A stretch of 64,000 bases of DNA, from NCBI GenBank assembly GCA_017522445.1, contig JAFWZK010000014.1:21783-85782 (forward strand). Direction: 5' to 3'. The notes under the pieces were generated by a model that ran no database searches, was not told the DNA's origin, and saw only the letters and a program-made list of their open reading frames with translations. Below are positions 28,028-38,212 of this stretch, piece after piece. How positions within the stretch are numbered: position 1 is the first letter of the stretch; each line of letters begins with the position of its first letter. Made by a program: the position numbers and the translations under genes. The DNA is from Alphaproteobacteria bacterium (GTDB lineage: Bacteria > Pseudomonadota > Alphaproteobacteria > Rs-D84).

Positions 28028-31000
28028 ATGTTGAAATTTTTTGTTCGCAGACCGATTACAACATTAATGTTTGTTTTGGTATGGGTTGTATTGGGGTTGG
28101 TATCATTTCCGAATATGAACATTGAACGTACACCATCGGTTGATTTTCCAATGGTAACATCAACGTTTATATATCCTGGGGCATCACCTGCCGAATTGGA
28201 ATCCCAGGTTGTAAAACGTGCCGAAGATGCGATATCCGAAGTATCTGAATTAAAAAAGATAACATCATACATTTATGAAAACAGTGCCATGGTAATGGCG
28301 GAATTTAATCTGGGGGTAAACGTTAATGACAAGGCATCCGAGGTAAAAACGAAACTGGATGCATTAACGTCCGAGTTTCCATCAGACATGGAACAACCTG
28401 TTGTTGAAAAGTTAAATGTATTACAGGAATCTGTGGTTGATATTGTTTTACGTGGTGCAGATTCCCGTGACCTGGAAGAATATGTTGACGATCATTTGTC
28501 GACCAAGATAACAGGTATTTCTGGTGTGGCCAGTGTATCGGTATTTGGTGGTCGTGAACGTGCGATACGCATTGCGATGAATCCAGATGCGATGGCGGCC
28601 CATGGTGTAACAATTATGGATGTTGTATCTGCATTGGGGTCGCATAACTTAAACGTACCTGGGGGTAAAATTGAAACATCGGTCAGTTCATCGAACGTTC
28701 GTTTTATTGGTGAATTTGCATCTGTTTCCCAGATTGCAGAACTGCAGATTACCACCGCCGAAGGTGACCAGTTTAAATTATCAGAAATTGCGACCATTAC
28801 AGATTCTGCCCGTGATATTGAAACGGGGGCCCGCTATAATGGTGAACCTGTTGTTATTGCGTCTGTGGTCAAATCATCAGACGGTAATGCGATAAACATA
28901 TCGCGTGAAATACAAAAACGTATGCCTGAATTTGAATCAGACCTGCGTTCGACATTTCCAAATGCAGAAATATTAATTGCTGCGGATTCATCAATTGCGG
29001 TATCTGACGAAACGGACAGCACGATTAACGGTATTATTTTGGGCGTAATATTCACTGTCTTGGTATTATTGGCATTTACCCGCAACTGGCGTTCGACAGT
29101 TATTGCCGGTGTTGTGATTCCTGCGTCATTGATTGCTGGATTCTTCTTTATGGACGGTTCTGGCTTTACAATTAATGCGATGACATTGTTGGCATATTCA
29201 TCTGCGTTGGGAACATTGGTATCGAATGCGATTATTCTGATTGAATCTGCACTGCAGGAAATGCATTCTGGCAAGAACCCAACCGATGCAGCGATTGATG
29301 GTACGAAAAAGGTTGCTGTATCCGTATTGGCGGGTGTTGGTACAAACGTAGTTGTTTTCTTGCCATTGGCATTTATGGGTGGAATTGTTGGCCAGTTCAT
29401 GGTTCAGTTTGGTATGACAGTTGTGTATTTAACATTGTTGTCATTAATGTTCTCGTTTACATTAACACCAATGATGATTGCCCAGTTTTTACGATTGACT
29501 GGTGGGAAAAAGCGTTCCAAATCGGAACAGACACCATCTGCAACATCACACAGCGATAACAACAGTTGGCTGTACCGCTGGTATAAATACCAGTCTGCCC
29601 ATCCATGGCGTGTTATTGGTTTGGTTGCTGTGATATTTGTTGCATCTACAATGTTGATGCGTTTTGTCGGGAACGAGTTTTCACCTACGACCGATGCAAA
29701 TGAAATCACGATAACTGCCCGTGCCCCAATGGGTTCGACCTATGAAAAGTCTGAATCCATCGCCCAGCAGTTGGAACAACGTTTATCCCAGTTCCCCGAA
29801 GTATCTGCGACCACTGTGAAAATCGGCGACCAAGGATTGCAGAACATTGACATTACGGTTGAATTGGTTGATGTTTCCGACCGTGACATATCTGATAAAA
29901 TGTTGGCACAAAAAATGTTGCCTGTGATATCAGATATTGCCGATGCGGAAATCCAGATTCGTGCGGGCGAAGCACACTCGGCGGGTTCGACATCTGACTT
30001 GGTTTTGAATGTTTTTGGTGATGACGATGCCTTGCGTGAATCCTATGCATCTAAAATCATCGACATAATAAATCAGATACCCGAAGTGCAATCTGCCGTT
30101 CGTGCCCAACAGACCCCTGCACTGGAAACCCAGTTTGTTCCCAACCAGGACAAGATGAATTTCTGGGGTGTTCAGAACGCATACGCGGGTACGATACTGC
30201 GTACCGCACTGTACGGGAACGATGATTACAAGTACAAAGAAAACGGCGAAGAATATCCGATAATTTTGGAATTTGCCAAACCGTTCAAGACAGCGTCGTT
30301 CTTTGACAACGTCTATGTAAATTCGCAAAAGGGTATGGTACCATTATCTGCCCTGGGTGATATCAAGATGGAACGTGCAACCCCTGATATCCGCCGTGAA
30401 AACAAAAATCGTCTGACAGAAATCGACATTAACATTGGTAAATCGACAATGGGGCCGGTTCAGATGAAGATTCAGTCTGAATTAAATAAAATCGATTGGG
30501 AATATGGATATCATGCTGAATTTGGTGGTATGTCCGAACACCAGGCCGAAAGCAGCAGTGAAATTGGCAAAGCATTCTTGCTGGCGACCATCTTAACGTT
30601 TATGTTGTTGGCGGCGATAATGAATTCCTTGGCGCATCCATTTACAATTGTGACATCAATTTTGACCAGTTTTACAGGTGTATTTGTGTTGATGTTCTTG
30701 TCTGGTGCCACGATGAATATTGGTGCGATGTTGGCGTTTGTTATGTTGGTTGGATTGGTTGTTAACAATAACATCTTGGTATTGGAACCAACGATTAACC
30801 GGATTAATAATGGCGAAGACATGCACACCGCCCTGTGGACAGAATTAAAAGACAAACGTAACATGGTTTTAATGACGTCTATCGCAGTTATGGCAGGTAT
30901 GGCGCCCCAGTTATGGTCGATTGACGGCATGAAGGTTGCCATGGGTGCTGTTATGATTGGTGGTATGTTTGCCAGTTTGGTATTTACATTTACATTGACA

Positions 31001-31060
31001 CCTGCATTGTTCTTTTTGATAGAGCGTGCCCGTCATTGGCGACCAAAATTCCGCAAATAA
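28028..31060 (+). CDS. RND family efflux transporter (AcrB/HAE-type)
   Basis: 1010 aa with the 12-TM RND architecture and two large periplasmic loops. The N-terminus MLKFFVRRPITTLMFVL is typical of AcrB. Confidence 0.85.
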   Translation: MLKFFVRRPITTLMFVLVWVVLGLVSFPNMNIERTPSVDFPMVTSTFIYPGASPAELESQVVKRAEDAISEVSELKKITSYIYENSAMVMAEFNLGVNVNDKASEVKTKLDALTSEFPSDMEQPVVEKLNVLQESVVDIVLRGADSRDLEEYVDDHLSTKITGISGVASVSVFGGRERAIRIAMNPDAMAAHGVTIMDVVSALGSHNLNVPGGKIETSVSSSNVRFIGEFASVSQIAELQITTAEGDQFKLSEIATITDSARDIETGARYNGEPVVIASVVKSSDGNAINISREIQKRMPEFESDLRSTFPNAEILIAADSSIAVSDETDSTINGIILGVIFTVLVLLAFTRNWRSTVIAGVVIPASLIAGFFFMDGSGFTINAMTLLAYSSALGTLVSNAIILIESALQEMHSGKNPTDAAIDGTKKVAVSVLAGVGTNVVVFLPLAFMGGIVGQFMVQFGMTVVYLTLLSLMFSFTLTPMMIAQFLRLTGGKKRSKSEQTPSATSHSDNNSWLYRWYKYQSAHPWRVIGLVAVIFVASTMLMRFVGNEFSPTTDANEITITARAPMGSTYEKSESIAQQLEQRLSQFPEVSATTVKIGDQGLQNIDITVELVDVSDRDISDKMLAQKMLPVISDIADAEIQIRAGEAHSAGSTSDLVLNVFGDDDALRESYASKIIDIINQIPEVQSAVRAQQTPALETQFVPNQDKMNFWGVQNAYAGTILRTALYGNDDYKYKENGEEYPIILEFAKPFKTASFFDNVYVNSQKGMVPLSALGDIKMERATPDIRRENKNRLTEIDINIGKSTMGPVQMKIQSELNKIDWEYGYHAEFGGMSEHQAESSSEIGKAFLLATILTFMLLAAIMNSLAHPFTIVTSILTSFTGVFVLMFLSGATMNIGAMLAFVMLVGLVVNNNILVLEPTINRINNGEDMHTALWTELKDKRNMVLMTSIAVMAGMAPQLWSIDGMKVAMGAVMIGGMFASLVFTFTLTPALFFLIERARHWRPKFRK

Positions 31061-31086
31061 AAAATCCCCGTTTGGGGATTTTTTTA
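31061..31086. terminator. Bidirectional intrinsic terminator (tccccgtttgggga)
   Basis: Hairpin flanked by A- and T-runs, lying between the convergent RND gene and pyk. Confidence 0.7.
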
Positions 31087-31103
31087 TTTTATTTTTTTGG
31101 GCA

Positions 31104-32474
31104 TCAGTCCATAGTTCTTAAACTGATTTTTTCTTCATCAACGATAACCAGTTTTCCCATGTTGATATGGCATTGCCGTGCGGCATTAAATCCATCCCGC
31201 ATACCGAACAGTTCTGTATCAAACATTGGGAACACACCGCGCAACAGACACAGTTGATTTGCAATCATTGAATCGTTGCAAACTGCGATAACTGGGATAT
31301 CTGGTTTTCTGCATGCGATTTGTGTTGTGGCGATTGTATCACGTGCAAAGACAACAATTGCCGACGCCCGGTTCAGATATGCCATTGATGCGACCGACCG
31401 TGACCAGTCATTTTCTGGGATATGTTCGACCCGTGACCAGTCATATGGATTTTCGATTGCGTCTGCGTCTGCATGCGACAGAATATTTGCCATTGTTTTG
31501 ATGACATTGACGGGATTGATTCCTATTGTTGTTTCTTCGCTGGTCATGGTTGAATCTGCCCGCAAATACGCAGTGTTTGCCACGTCTGTAATTTCGGCCC
31601 GTGTTGGGAATTCGCTGCACACCATCGACCCCAGCATTTGTGTTGCAACGATAACAGGTTTATTCATCTTTCTGCATTCACGAATTATGTGTCGTGAAAT
31701 TGCGGGTACTTCAGCATATGGTACTTCGACCGCCAGGTCGCCCCGTGCAATCATGATACCGTCTGCAGCGGCGGCAATATCGGTTATACGTTCGACTGCG
31801 TTTTGTCGTTCAATTTTTGCGATGATTTTGATTGGTGCGCTGCTGCGTTGTGTTATAAAGTCGCGTACTTCGGCAACGTCTTCTGGTTTTTGCACAAAAG
31901 AAATCGCGACATAGTCTGGTTTTTTTGTGATTGCATATTCCAGGTCTGCCCTGTCTTTGCCGGTCAGAACAGACGTATTTATTTCTGTATCAGGCAGGTT
32001 AAAACCCCGTCTGGACCAGATTTCAGTTCCCCGAACGACTGTTGCATCAACCTTGCCAGGTTCAATATTGTTCACCTGCATTTCGATTTTGCCATCGTTC
32101 AACAGAATTCTGTCACCGACATTCAGTGAATCCAGCACATCCATATCGGGCAAATGTACGCGTTTTTCATTACCTGGTGTTGGGTCTGAATCAAATGTGA
32201 ACGTCTGGCCGATTACCAGCGGATATTTCTGTTCTGTTTCAAAGTTTCCAATGCGATGTTTTGGTCCCTGCAGGTCAATCATAATTGCCACAGGCATATT
32301 CAATTCACTTGATATCTCGCGAATCATATCGATTTTTTTACCTTGGACATCGCCTGTATCGTGGCTAAAGTTCAGTCGGCACATATTAACCCCGGCCAAA
32401 ATCATTTGTGTCAGTGTTTCACAATCTTCACAGTTTGGCCCGATTGATGCGGTGATTTTTGTAAACTTATTCAT
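31104..32474 (-). CDS. pyk: Pyruvate kinase
   Basis: 456 aa with the pyruvate-kinase barrel and C-terminal domain motifs (...MVARGDLAVEVPYAEVPAI...) and a GGAAGGGAAT ribosome-binding site. Confidence 0.9.
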   Translation of the reverse strand: MNKFTKITASIGPNCEDCETLTQMILAGVNMCRLNFSHDTGDVQGKKIDMIREISSELNMPVAIMIDLQGPKHRIGNFETEQKYPLVIGQTFTFDSDPTPGNEKRVHLPDMDVLDSLNVGDRILLNDGKIEMQVNNIEPGKVDATVVRGTEIWSRRGFNLPDTEINTSVLTGKDRADLEYAITKKPDYVAISFVQKPEDVAEVRDFITQRSSAPIKIIAKIERQNAVERITDIAAAADGIMIARGDLAVEVPYAEVPAISRHIIRECRKMNKPVIVATQMLGSMVCSEFPTRAEITDVANTAYLRADSTMTSEETTIGINPVNVIKTMANILSHADADAIENPYDWSRVEHIPENDWSRSVASMAYLNRASAIVVFARDTIATTQIACRKPDIPVIAVCNDSMIANQLCLLRGVFPMFDTELFGMRDGFNAARQCHINMGKLVIVDEEKISLRTMD

Positions 32475-32566
32475 AATATTCCCTTCCTGATTTCGATTTT
32501 GTTTTTCTTGATTTTTTCGAATAATGATATATCATAAATGGCATAAATAAACAAGGGGAAAACAGA

Positions 32567-32815
32567 ATGAAGCAAGCAAATCACGGTGCCATTGACAACG
32601 AACAGTTGTTAAGTGTTATTCAAAGAATTGAAAAATTAAACGAAGATGCCGCAGCCATTGCCGCAGACATCAAAGAAATTTACAGCGAGGCGAAATCTGC
32701 TGGTTTTGATCCAAAGTATATCCGTCAAATGATACGTCTGCGTAAAATGGACCCAGATGAATTGGACGAGACCGATGAATTAACCCAGATGTATCGCAAC
32801 GCATTGGGTATATAA
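32567..32815 (+). CDS. gapR: DUF2312/GapR-like nucleoid-associated protein
   Basis: 82 aa with the ...DIKEIYSEAKSAGFDPKYIRQMIRLRKMD... signature of the alphaproteobacterial GapR family. Confidence 0.65.
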   Translation: MKQANHGAIDNEQLLSVIQRIEKLNEDAAAIAADIKEIYSEAKSAGFDPKYIRQMIRLRKMDPDELDETDELTQMYRNALGI

Positions 32816-33129
32816 TGAAAACGTTCACAAAAACGGTCGAAGATTTCAGCTGCACCCATTGTGGTGCAGTTGTGCATGGTAATGGCTATACGAACCATTG
32901 CCCGCATTGTCTGTGGTCGTGCCATGTCGATAATAACCCCGGCGACCGTGCATCCACCTGTCGTGGTATGATGGAACCTGTATCGGTTGAATCTGCGGGG
33001 ACACGATTTGTGATAACGCATCGTTGTACGGTCTGTGGTCATACCCGCCGCCAGCATACGTCAGATGATGACAGTATGGATGCGATAATAGAATTATCAA
33101 AAAACACTGCCTTTATTTATGGAAAATAA
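32815..33129 (+). CDS. RNHCP-domain zinc-finger protein
   Basis: Carries the YTNHCPHCLWSCHV motif and further CxxC pairs. It overlaps the gapR stop by 1 nt. Confidence 0.6.
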   Translation: MKTFTKTVEDFSCTHCGAVVHGNGYTNHCPHCLWSCHVDNNPGDRASTCRGMMEPVSVESAGTRFVITHRCTVCGHTRRQHTSDDDSMDAIIELSKNTAFIYGK

Positions 33130-33197
33130 TACTGCCCTGCACGGGGCATTTTTTTAATGATTGACCCGCATACAGATTTTTTACTAACATAGATTGC

Positions 33198-34403
33198 ATG
33201 AGAAGAATGTTCGCCTTTTTTATCGCATGCATGTTGTGCAGTACCGCCTATGGTGCCCAGTATCGTGCCGCCCTGGTTGCAGACATGGACACAGGTCGTG
33301 TCCTGTACCAGGAAAATGCCACCCAGTTAAATTACCCGGCCAGTTTGACCAAGATTATGACACTGTATTTAACGTTTGATGCATTGGAACATGGTCGTCT
33401 GGCATTGGACGATTATCTGATTGTATCTGCATCGGCTGCAAATGCAGAACCTGTAAAATTGGGACTGGTGGCGGGGTCAAAAATCCGTGTCGAAGACGCG
33501 ATTAAGGCATTGGCGGTCTACAGTGCAAATGACGTTGCACGTGTTTTGGCGGAAAATCTAAAAGGCGGCCAGGAAGAATCCTTTGCAGATTTAATGACCC
33601 GTGTTGCCCGGCAGATTGGTCTGACCAATACCAACTTTGCAAATTCATCTGGTCTGCCAAATGACGACCACCTGTCTACGGCCCGTGACATTGCATTGTT
33701 GTCCATGGCGGTATATAAACATTTTCCCCAGTATTGGCACTTTTTCGGGATTAAATCCTGGACATATAATGGCAAGACCTATACCAACGGCAACCGTCTG
33801 CTGACATCGTTTAACGGCTGTGATGGGATGAAGACCGGGTATACAAAAAAATCCAAGTATTCATTGGTTGCAACTGCACATCGTGGTAATACGCATTTGA
33901 TGTCTGTTGTTTTGGGTGCTGAAAACAAAGATGTTCGTGCAAACGTTGCCGCCCAGATGTTAAACCGTGGTTTTACAATGTTGGGTGATGGCAGTGCCCC
34001 TGTGATTCGAACAACCCCGGTTCCACCAATTGACAGCACCCATGGCCAGCCGATTTTATCGGACAATGTTGTTGATGCGGCTTATGTATCTGATACGGCA
34101 CCTGTTTCATCATTTTCGTCTGCATACAACGCGGCGACATCGAATGCGATGCCAAAATACACTGGTGCCGCTGTGTCGGGCGGTTCAGGTGGGGCAGGTG
34201 TCCAGTTCGGTGCATTTTCATCAGAATCTGCGGCCCGCACCCAGGTTGCAAATGTCAAAAATAAATTGGGTGTAAATGCAGTTGTTGAACCGACCGGGAC
34301 AGGGCTGTACCGTGTACGTGTATATGGTCTGTCAGAATCTGCGGCGGGGCAACTAAAATCATCTGCCACGGCAAACGGTATTGACAGTTATGTTTTTCAC
34401 TAG
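33198..34403 (+). CDS. D-alanyl-D-alanine carboxypeptidase (S11, PBP5/6-like) with a C-terminal SPOR domain
   Basis: Signal peptide, the SxxK active site (ASLTKIM), S11 motifs, and a C-terminal GVQFGAFSSESAARTQ...GLYRVRVYG segment that reads as a SPOR fold. Confidence 0.8.
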   Translation: MRRMFAFFIACMLCSTAYGAQYRAALVADMDTGRVLYQENATQLNYPASLTKIMTLYLTFDALEHGRLALDDYLIVSASAANAEPVKLGLVAGSKIRVEDAIKALAVYSANDVARVLAENLKGGQEESFADLMTRVARQIGLTNTNFANSSGLPNDDHLSTARDIALLSMAVYKHFPQYWHFFGIKSWTYNGKTYTNGNRLLTSFNGCDGMKTGYTKKSKYSLVATAHRGNTHLMSVVLGAENKDVRANVAAQMLNRGFTMLGDGSAPVIRTTPVPPIDSTHGQPILSDNVVDAAYVSDTAPVSSFSSAYNAATSNAMPKYTGAAVSGGSGGAGVQFGAFSSESAARTQVANVKNKLGVNAVVEPTGTGLYRVRVYGLSESAAGQLKSSATANGIDSYVFH

Positions 34404-34418
34404 TATTTTATATCTGCG

Positions 34419-35018
34419 ATGAATCCGAAAATAGAAAAGTTAATTAAGTTATTTGCAAAGTTGCCCCGTGTTGGCACCCGTGGTGGCCAGCGTATTGCCC
34501 TGTGTTTATTGCAGGATAAAACAGGTCGTGGCACATCATTGGCAAATGCGATTGTTGATGCGTGTGAAAATATTGCACCATGTCCCAATTGTGGTGTTTT
34601 AACAGACCGTGGGGCAGGGGCGTGTGAATATTGTCGTGACACATCACGCCGCAATGGACAATTGTGTATTGTACGTGACCTGTCAGATGTTTGGACATTG
34701 GAAAGGTCGTCTGTTTTTCATGGTCGTTATCATGTGATTGGTGGTGTTATATCTGGTGCATCTGGGACATTGCCGGATGATTTGAATCTGTTAACATTGC
34801 CTGGTCGTATTTCATCTGAAAATATTACCGAGGTTATATTTGCATTGCCCAACACAGTCGAAGGTAAAACGACCCAGCACTATATCATGTCAATTATTGG
34901 CGATACGTCTGGTGTGTCTTATTCAGAATTGGCATCTGGTGTTCCGCTGGGGGGTGATTTGGATTATTTAGACGAAGGAACATTGTCGTTGGCATTTGGG
35001 GGGCGTAAGGTATTATGA
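34419..35018 (+). CDS. recR: Recombination protein RecR
   Basis: N-terminal helix-hairpin-helix (LPRVGTRGGQRIA), a C4 zinc finger (CPNCGVL...CEYC) and a Toprim domain. Confidence 0.9.
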   Translation: MNPKIEKLIKLFAKLPRVGTRGGQRIALCLLQDKTGRGTSLANAIVDACENIAPCPNCGVLTDRGAGACEYCRDTSRRNGQLCIVRDLSDVWTLERSSVFHGRYHVIGGVISGASGTLPDDLNLLTLPGRISSENITEVIFALPNTVEGKTTQHYIMSIIGDTSGVSYSELASGVPLGGDLDYLDEGTLSLAFGGRKVL

Positions 35019-35839
35019 CAGACATGATATCATCTTTGCCACCCGTATCTGCGATGATGCGTGAATGTGGACTGGAACCGAAAAAGCAGTTTGGTCAAAA
35101 CTTTTTATTTGATTTGAATTTGACGGGTCGCATTGCGAACAGTGTTCCCGATATTCATGATATTCCCGTGGTCGAAGTGGGGCCGGGCCCTGGTGGTCTG
35201 ACCCGTGCGATTTTGTTGGCGGGTGCCCCCCGTGTTATTGCGGTGGAAAAGGATATTACGACCCGTCCGATATTATCCCAGATTGAATCCGCATCGAGCG
35301 GTCGTTTGTCTGTTGTTTACGGTGATGCGCTGCGTGTTAATTTTGCAGAATTTGGATTGGGCCGGTATGCGATATGTGCGAATTTACCGTATAATGTTGG
35401 CACAGAATTATTAATTGGCTGGTTACAGAAAATTGCAAATGGTGAACCGATTGCATCATTAACATTGATGTTCCAGCGCGAGGTTGCCCTGCGTATCACA
35501 TCACGTCCTGGGGACGAGCATTATGGTCGCCTGGCGGTATTAACATCGTTAATTGCGGACGCACGTATATTGTTTGATGTTCCAAATACTGCATTTGTTC
35601 CCCGTCCACGTGTGCAAAGTGCCGTTGTTCAGATTATACCAAACCCGGCCAAGATTGCCCGCCTGGACGACATATCAAAATTGGAACAGATAACTGCGAA
35701 ATTATTTGGCCAGCGTCGCAAGATGATACGTTCTATAATACCGAACGTTGATTGGTCGGTTTACGGACTGACTGGGACCGAACGTGCCGAAGTTTTATCC
35801 CCAGAAACATTTGCACTGTTGGCAAAAAATCTGATATAA
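35015..35839 (+). CDS. rsmA: 16S rRNA (adenine1518/1519-N6)-dimethyltransferase RsmA/KsgA
   Basis: Carries FGQNFL and the SAM-binding motif VVEVGPGPGGLT. It overlaps recR by 4 nt. Confidence 0.9.
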   Translation: MTDMISSLPPVSAMMRECGLEPKKQFGQNFLFDLNLTGRIANSVPDIHDIPVVEVGPGPGGLTRAILLAGAPRVIAVEKDITTRPILSQIESASSGRLSVVYGDALRVNFAEFGLGRYAICANLPYNVGTELLIGWLQKIANGEPIASLTLMFQREVALRITSRPGDEHYGRLAVLTSLIADARILFDVPNTAFVPRPRVQSAVVQIIPNPAKIARLDDISKLEQITAKLFGQRRKMIRSIIPNVDWSVYGLTGTERAEVLSPETFALLAKNLI

Positions 35840-35876
35840 TTATTTTGTCTTGAAATAAAATAACAAGAGAGAGAAT

Positions 35877-37586
35877 ATGTCCCTATCGCTGCTTGCATTT
35901 TTTGCAATAATATTTGTGTTGGTATATATGTTGCGTGTTGCCCGCATTGGTGCGCTGGTTGCGTTTTTATTGGCGGGTGTATTATCGGGGCCATACGTTT
36001 TTAATTTTTTTCAGTTGTCAGACACCTGGACATTTTTGGGTGATTTGGGGATATTATTTTTATGGTTTAATATTGGTCTGGAAATAAACATGCGTCGATT
36101 ATGGCGTATGCGTCGAACGATATTTGGTTTTGGTGCGACCCAGGTTTTAATGGTTGCGATAATGTTGTTTCCATTATTGTTTGGATTTACCCAGTGGACG
36201 GTAACGGGCTGCATCATGGTTGCGTTAATGTTGGCGATGTCCAGTACATCTGCTGATTTACAGTTGTTAACAGACCGTAACCAGTTAAACACAGAAATGG
36301 GTCGCAAGACATTTTCCATATTATTATTCCAAGACCTGTTATCAATTCCATTATTGGCAATGCTGCCGGCGTTTTCTGGTGCAACCATCAGTATGGGTGC
36401 GACCGCGATTGACGTGGTTGTAATATCGCTTGCACTGATTTTATCGGTTATTGTGATTGGTCGATTTGTGATGACGCCTGTATTTCGTCATGTTGGCAAA
36501 CTAAAATCCAAAGAGGCCTTTTTACTGGCCATCATGCTGAATATTATAATTTGGGCGGCCCTGGTTGAGATTATGGGATTACCTGCGGGGCTTGGGGCAT
36601 TTTTGGCGGGGATGTTGATGTCAGAAACGGTATATCGTCATCAAATCACAGCAGAAATTTCACCCTATGCAACATTGTTTCTGGCGTTTTTCTTTATATC
36701 TTTGGGCATGGGATTAAATCTGCCGTTATTGGGTGCGAATTGGTATATTATTCTGTTTGGCTTGATTGGTTTTATGGTGATAAAGTTTGCGGCGATATTT
36801 ATTGTATCGCGTGTTCGTGGTGTGAATGTCCAGGACAGTTTTATGATTGCCCTGATATTGGCCCAGGGGGGCGAATTTGCATTGCTGATGTTGCAAACCA
36901 TGAAGACCAGTGGCATTCGTGCAATACCATCTGTCCATGAAGAGATTTTAACAGCGATAATAATCTTGTCTATTATGGTGACGCCATTATTGTTGTGGTT
37001 GCATGATTACTTGCAGCGCAGTGGTCGGATATCATTTGGTCGTGCTGCCCGTAATCTAGAACGTCCAGAATCATCGATACGACCTGATGTGATTGTTTGT
37101 GGTTTTGGTCGTGTTGGTCAAACGGTGTGTCAAATGTTGGATGCGCAAAATATTCCGTATCTGGCCATAGACCTGGATATAAATGCGGTGATGATGGGGC
37201 GTGACATGGGCTTTAACGTAGTGTATGGTAATACAACCAATCGTGATGTTTTGGTTGATTTGGGGTTACGGCCACGCGGGATAAAGTCTGTGGTTATTGC
37301 ATTGGATAATGTATCGACTGCACGTCAAACGATACTGACGGTCAAGACGATTGTACCGCGTGTCAAAATATTTGCCCGTGCCCGCAATTTGGCTGATGCC
37401 AAGGTGTTAATGTCATTGGGTGTTGCGGCTGCGATGCCAGAAACGATAGAGTCATCATTGTTCCTGGGGTACAGCGTTTTGGATTTTCTGGGTGTACCTG
37501 AACAGAGAACAGAAAAACTGTTATCAGAAATTCGTTCAGATGATTATGCGTGTTTGTCTGCGATAATATCGGACAAGCATGATTAA
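35877..37586 (+). CDS. Kef-type monovalent cation/H+ antiporter (CPA2) with a C-terminal TrkA-N (RCK) domain
   Basis: Polytopic N-terminal domain, then a Rossmann motif (VIVCGFGRVGQTV). Confidence 0.8.
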   Translation: MSLSLLAFFAIIFVLVYMLRVARIGALVAFLLAGVLSGPYVFNFFQLSDTWTFLGDLGILFLWFNIGLEINMRRLWRMRRTIFGFGATQVLMVAIMLFPLLFGFTQWTVTGCIMVALMLAMSSTSADLQLLTDRNQLNTEMGRKTFSILLFQDLLSIPLLAMLPAFSGATISMGATAIDVVVISLALILSVIVIGRFVMTPVFRHVGKLKSKEAFLLAIMLNIIIWAALVEIMGLPAGLGAFLAGMLMSETVYRHQITAEISPYATLFLAFFFISLGMGLNLPLLGANWYIILFGLIGFMVIKFAAIFIVSRVRGVNVQDSFMIALILAQGGEFALLMLQTMKTSGIRAIPSVHEEILTAIIILSIMVTPLLLWLHDYLQRSGRISFGRAARNLERPESSIRPDVIVCGFGRVGQTVCQMLDAQNIPYLAIDLDINAVMMGRDMGFNVVYGNTTNRDVLVDLGLRPRGIKSVVIALDNVSTARQTILTVKTIVPRVKIFARARNLADAKVLMSLGVAAAMPETIESSLFLGYSVLDFLGVPEQRTEKLLSEIRSDDYACLSAIISDKHD

Positions 37587-37590
37587 GATA

Positions 37591-37614
37591 AAGTCCCCGT
37601 TACGGGGATTTTTA
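37591..37614 (+). terminator. Intrinsic terminator (tccccgttacgggga)
   Basis: Hairpin followed by T5, after the kef-type antiporter stop codon. Confidence 0.6.
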
Positions 37615-37673
37615 ATTGCAATTTTTACAGTATACTGTTATATTTCAACCTGTATATTCTGGAAAGGATAAAA

Positions 37674-38210
37674 ATGAAAAAAACAGCAATTGCGATATCT
37701 GTAATAACAGGAACAATTATTTTAGACCAGTTGACCAAGGGAACATTACTGTATCTGATTACGGGTGGTGTACCGCTGTTTGGTGGTGCATGGGAAATTG
37801 TTCCTGTTCCGTATTTGATGGCCCATGTATGTGATATATTTAATTTTGTATTTACATGGAATCCTGGCACATCGTTTTCATTGTTTCGCACATTGGGTGA
37901 ATCTGCGCCATTGGTCATAGTGATACTGACGGGTTTTGTAATTGGTTTTATTTTGCACTATTTATTCACACGTTCCCACCGGTACGAGGTTGTACCCCTG
38001 TCATTAATTGCGGGTGGTGCGATTGGCAACTTGATTGACCGCATACGTTTTAGTGCAGTTATTGATTTTCTGGATTTTCATATTGGTGGCTGGCATTGGC
38101 CTGCATTTAATGTTGCAGATATTTGCATAGTTATTGGTGTTATGCTGTATTTGCTGAATGTATATCTGGCACGCCACAAATGTTTAGAAGCAACAAAGGA
38201 TGGTAAATAA
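37674..38210 (+). CDS. lspA: Lipoprotein signal peptidase II
   Basis: Carries the conserved LspA motifs (FNFVFTWNPGTSFS, GGAIGNLIDR, FNVADICIV). Confidence 0.9.
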   Translation: MKKTAIAISVITGTIILDQLTKGTLLYLITGGVPLFGGAWEIVPVPYLMAHVCDIFNFVFTWNPGTSFSLFRTLGESAPLVIVILTGFVIGFILHYLFTRSHRYEVVPLSLIAGGAIGNLIDRIRFSAVIDFLDFHIGGWHWPAFNVADICIVIGVMLYLLNVYLARHKCLEATKDGK

Positions 38211-38212
38211 TC

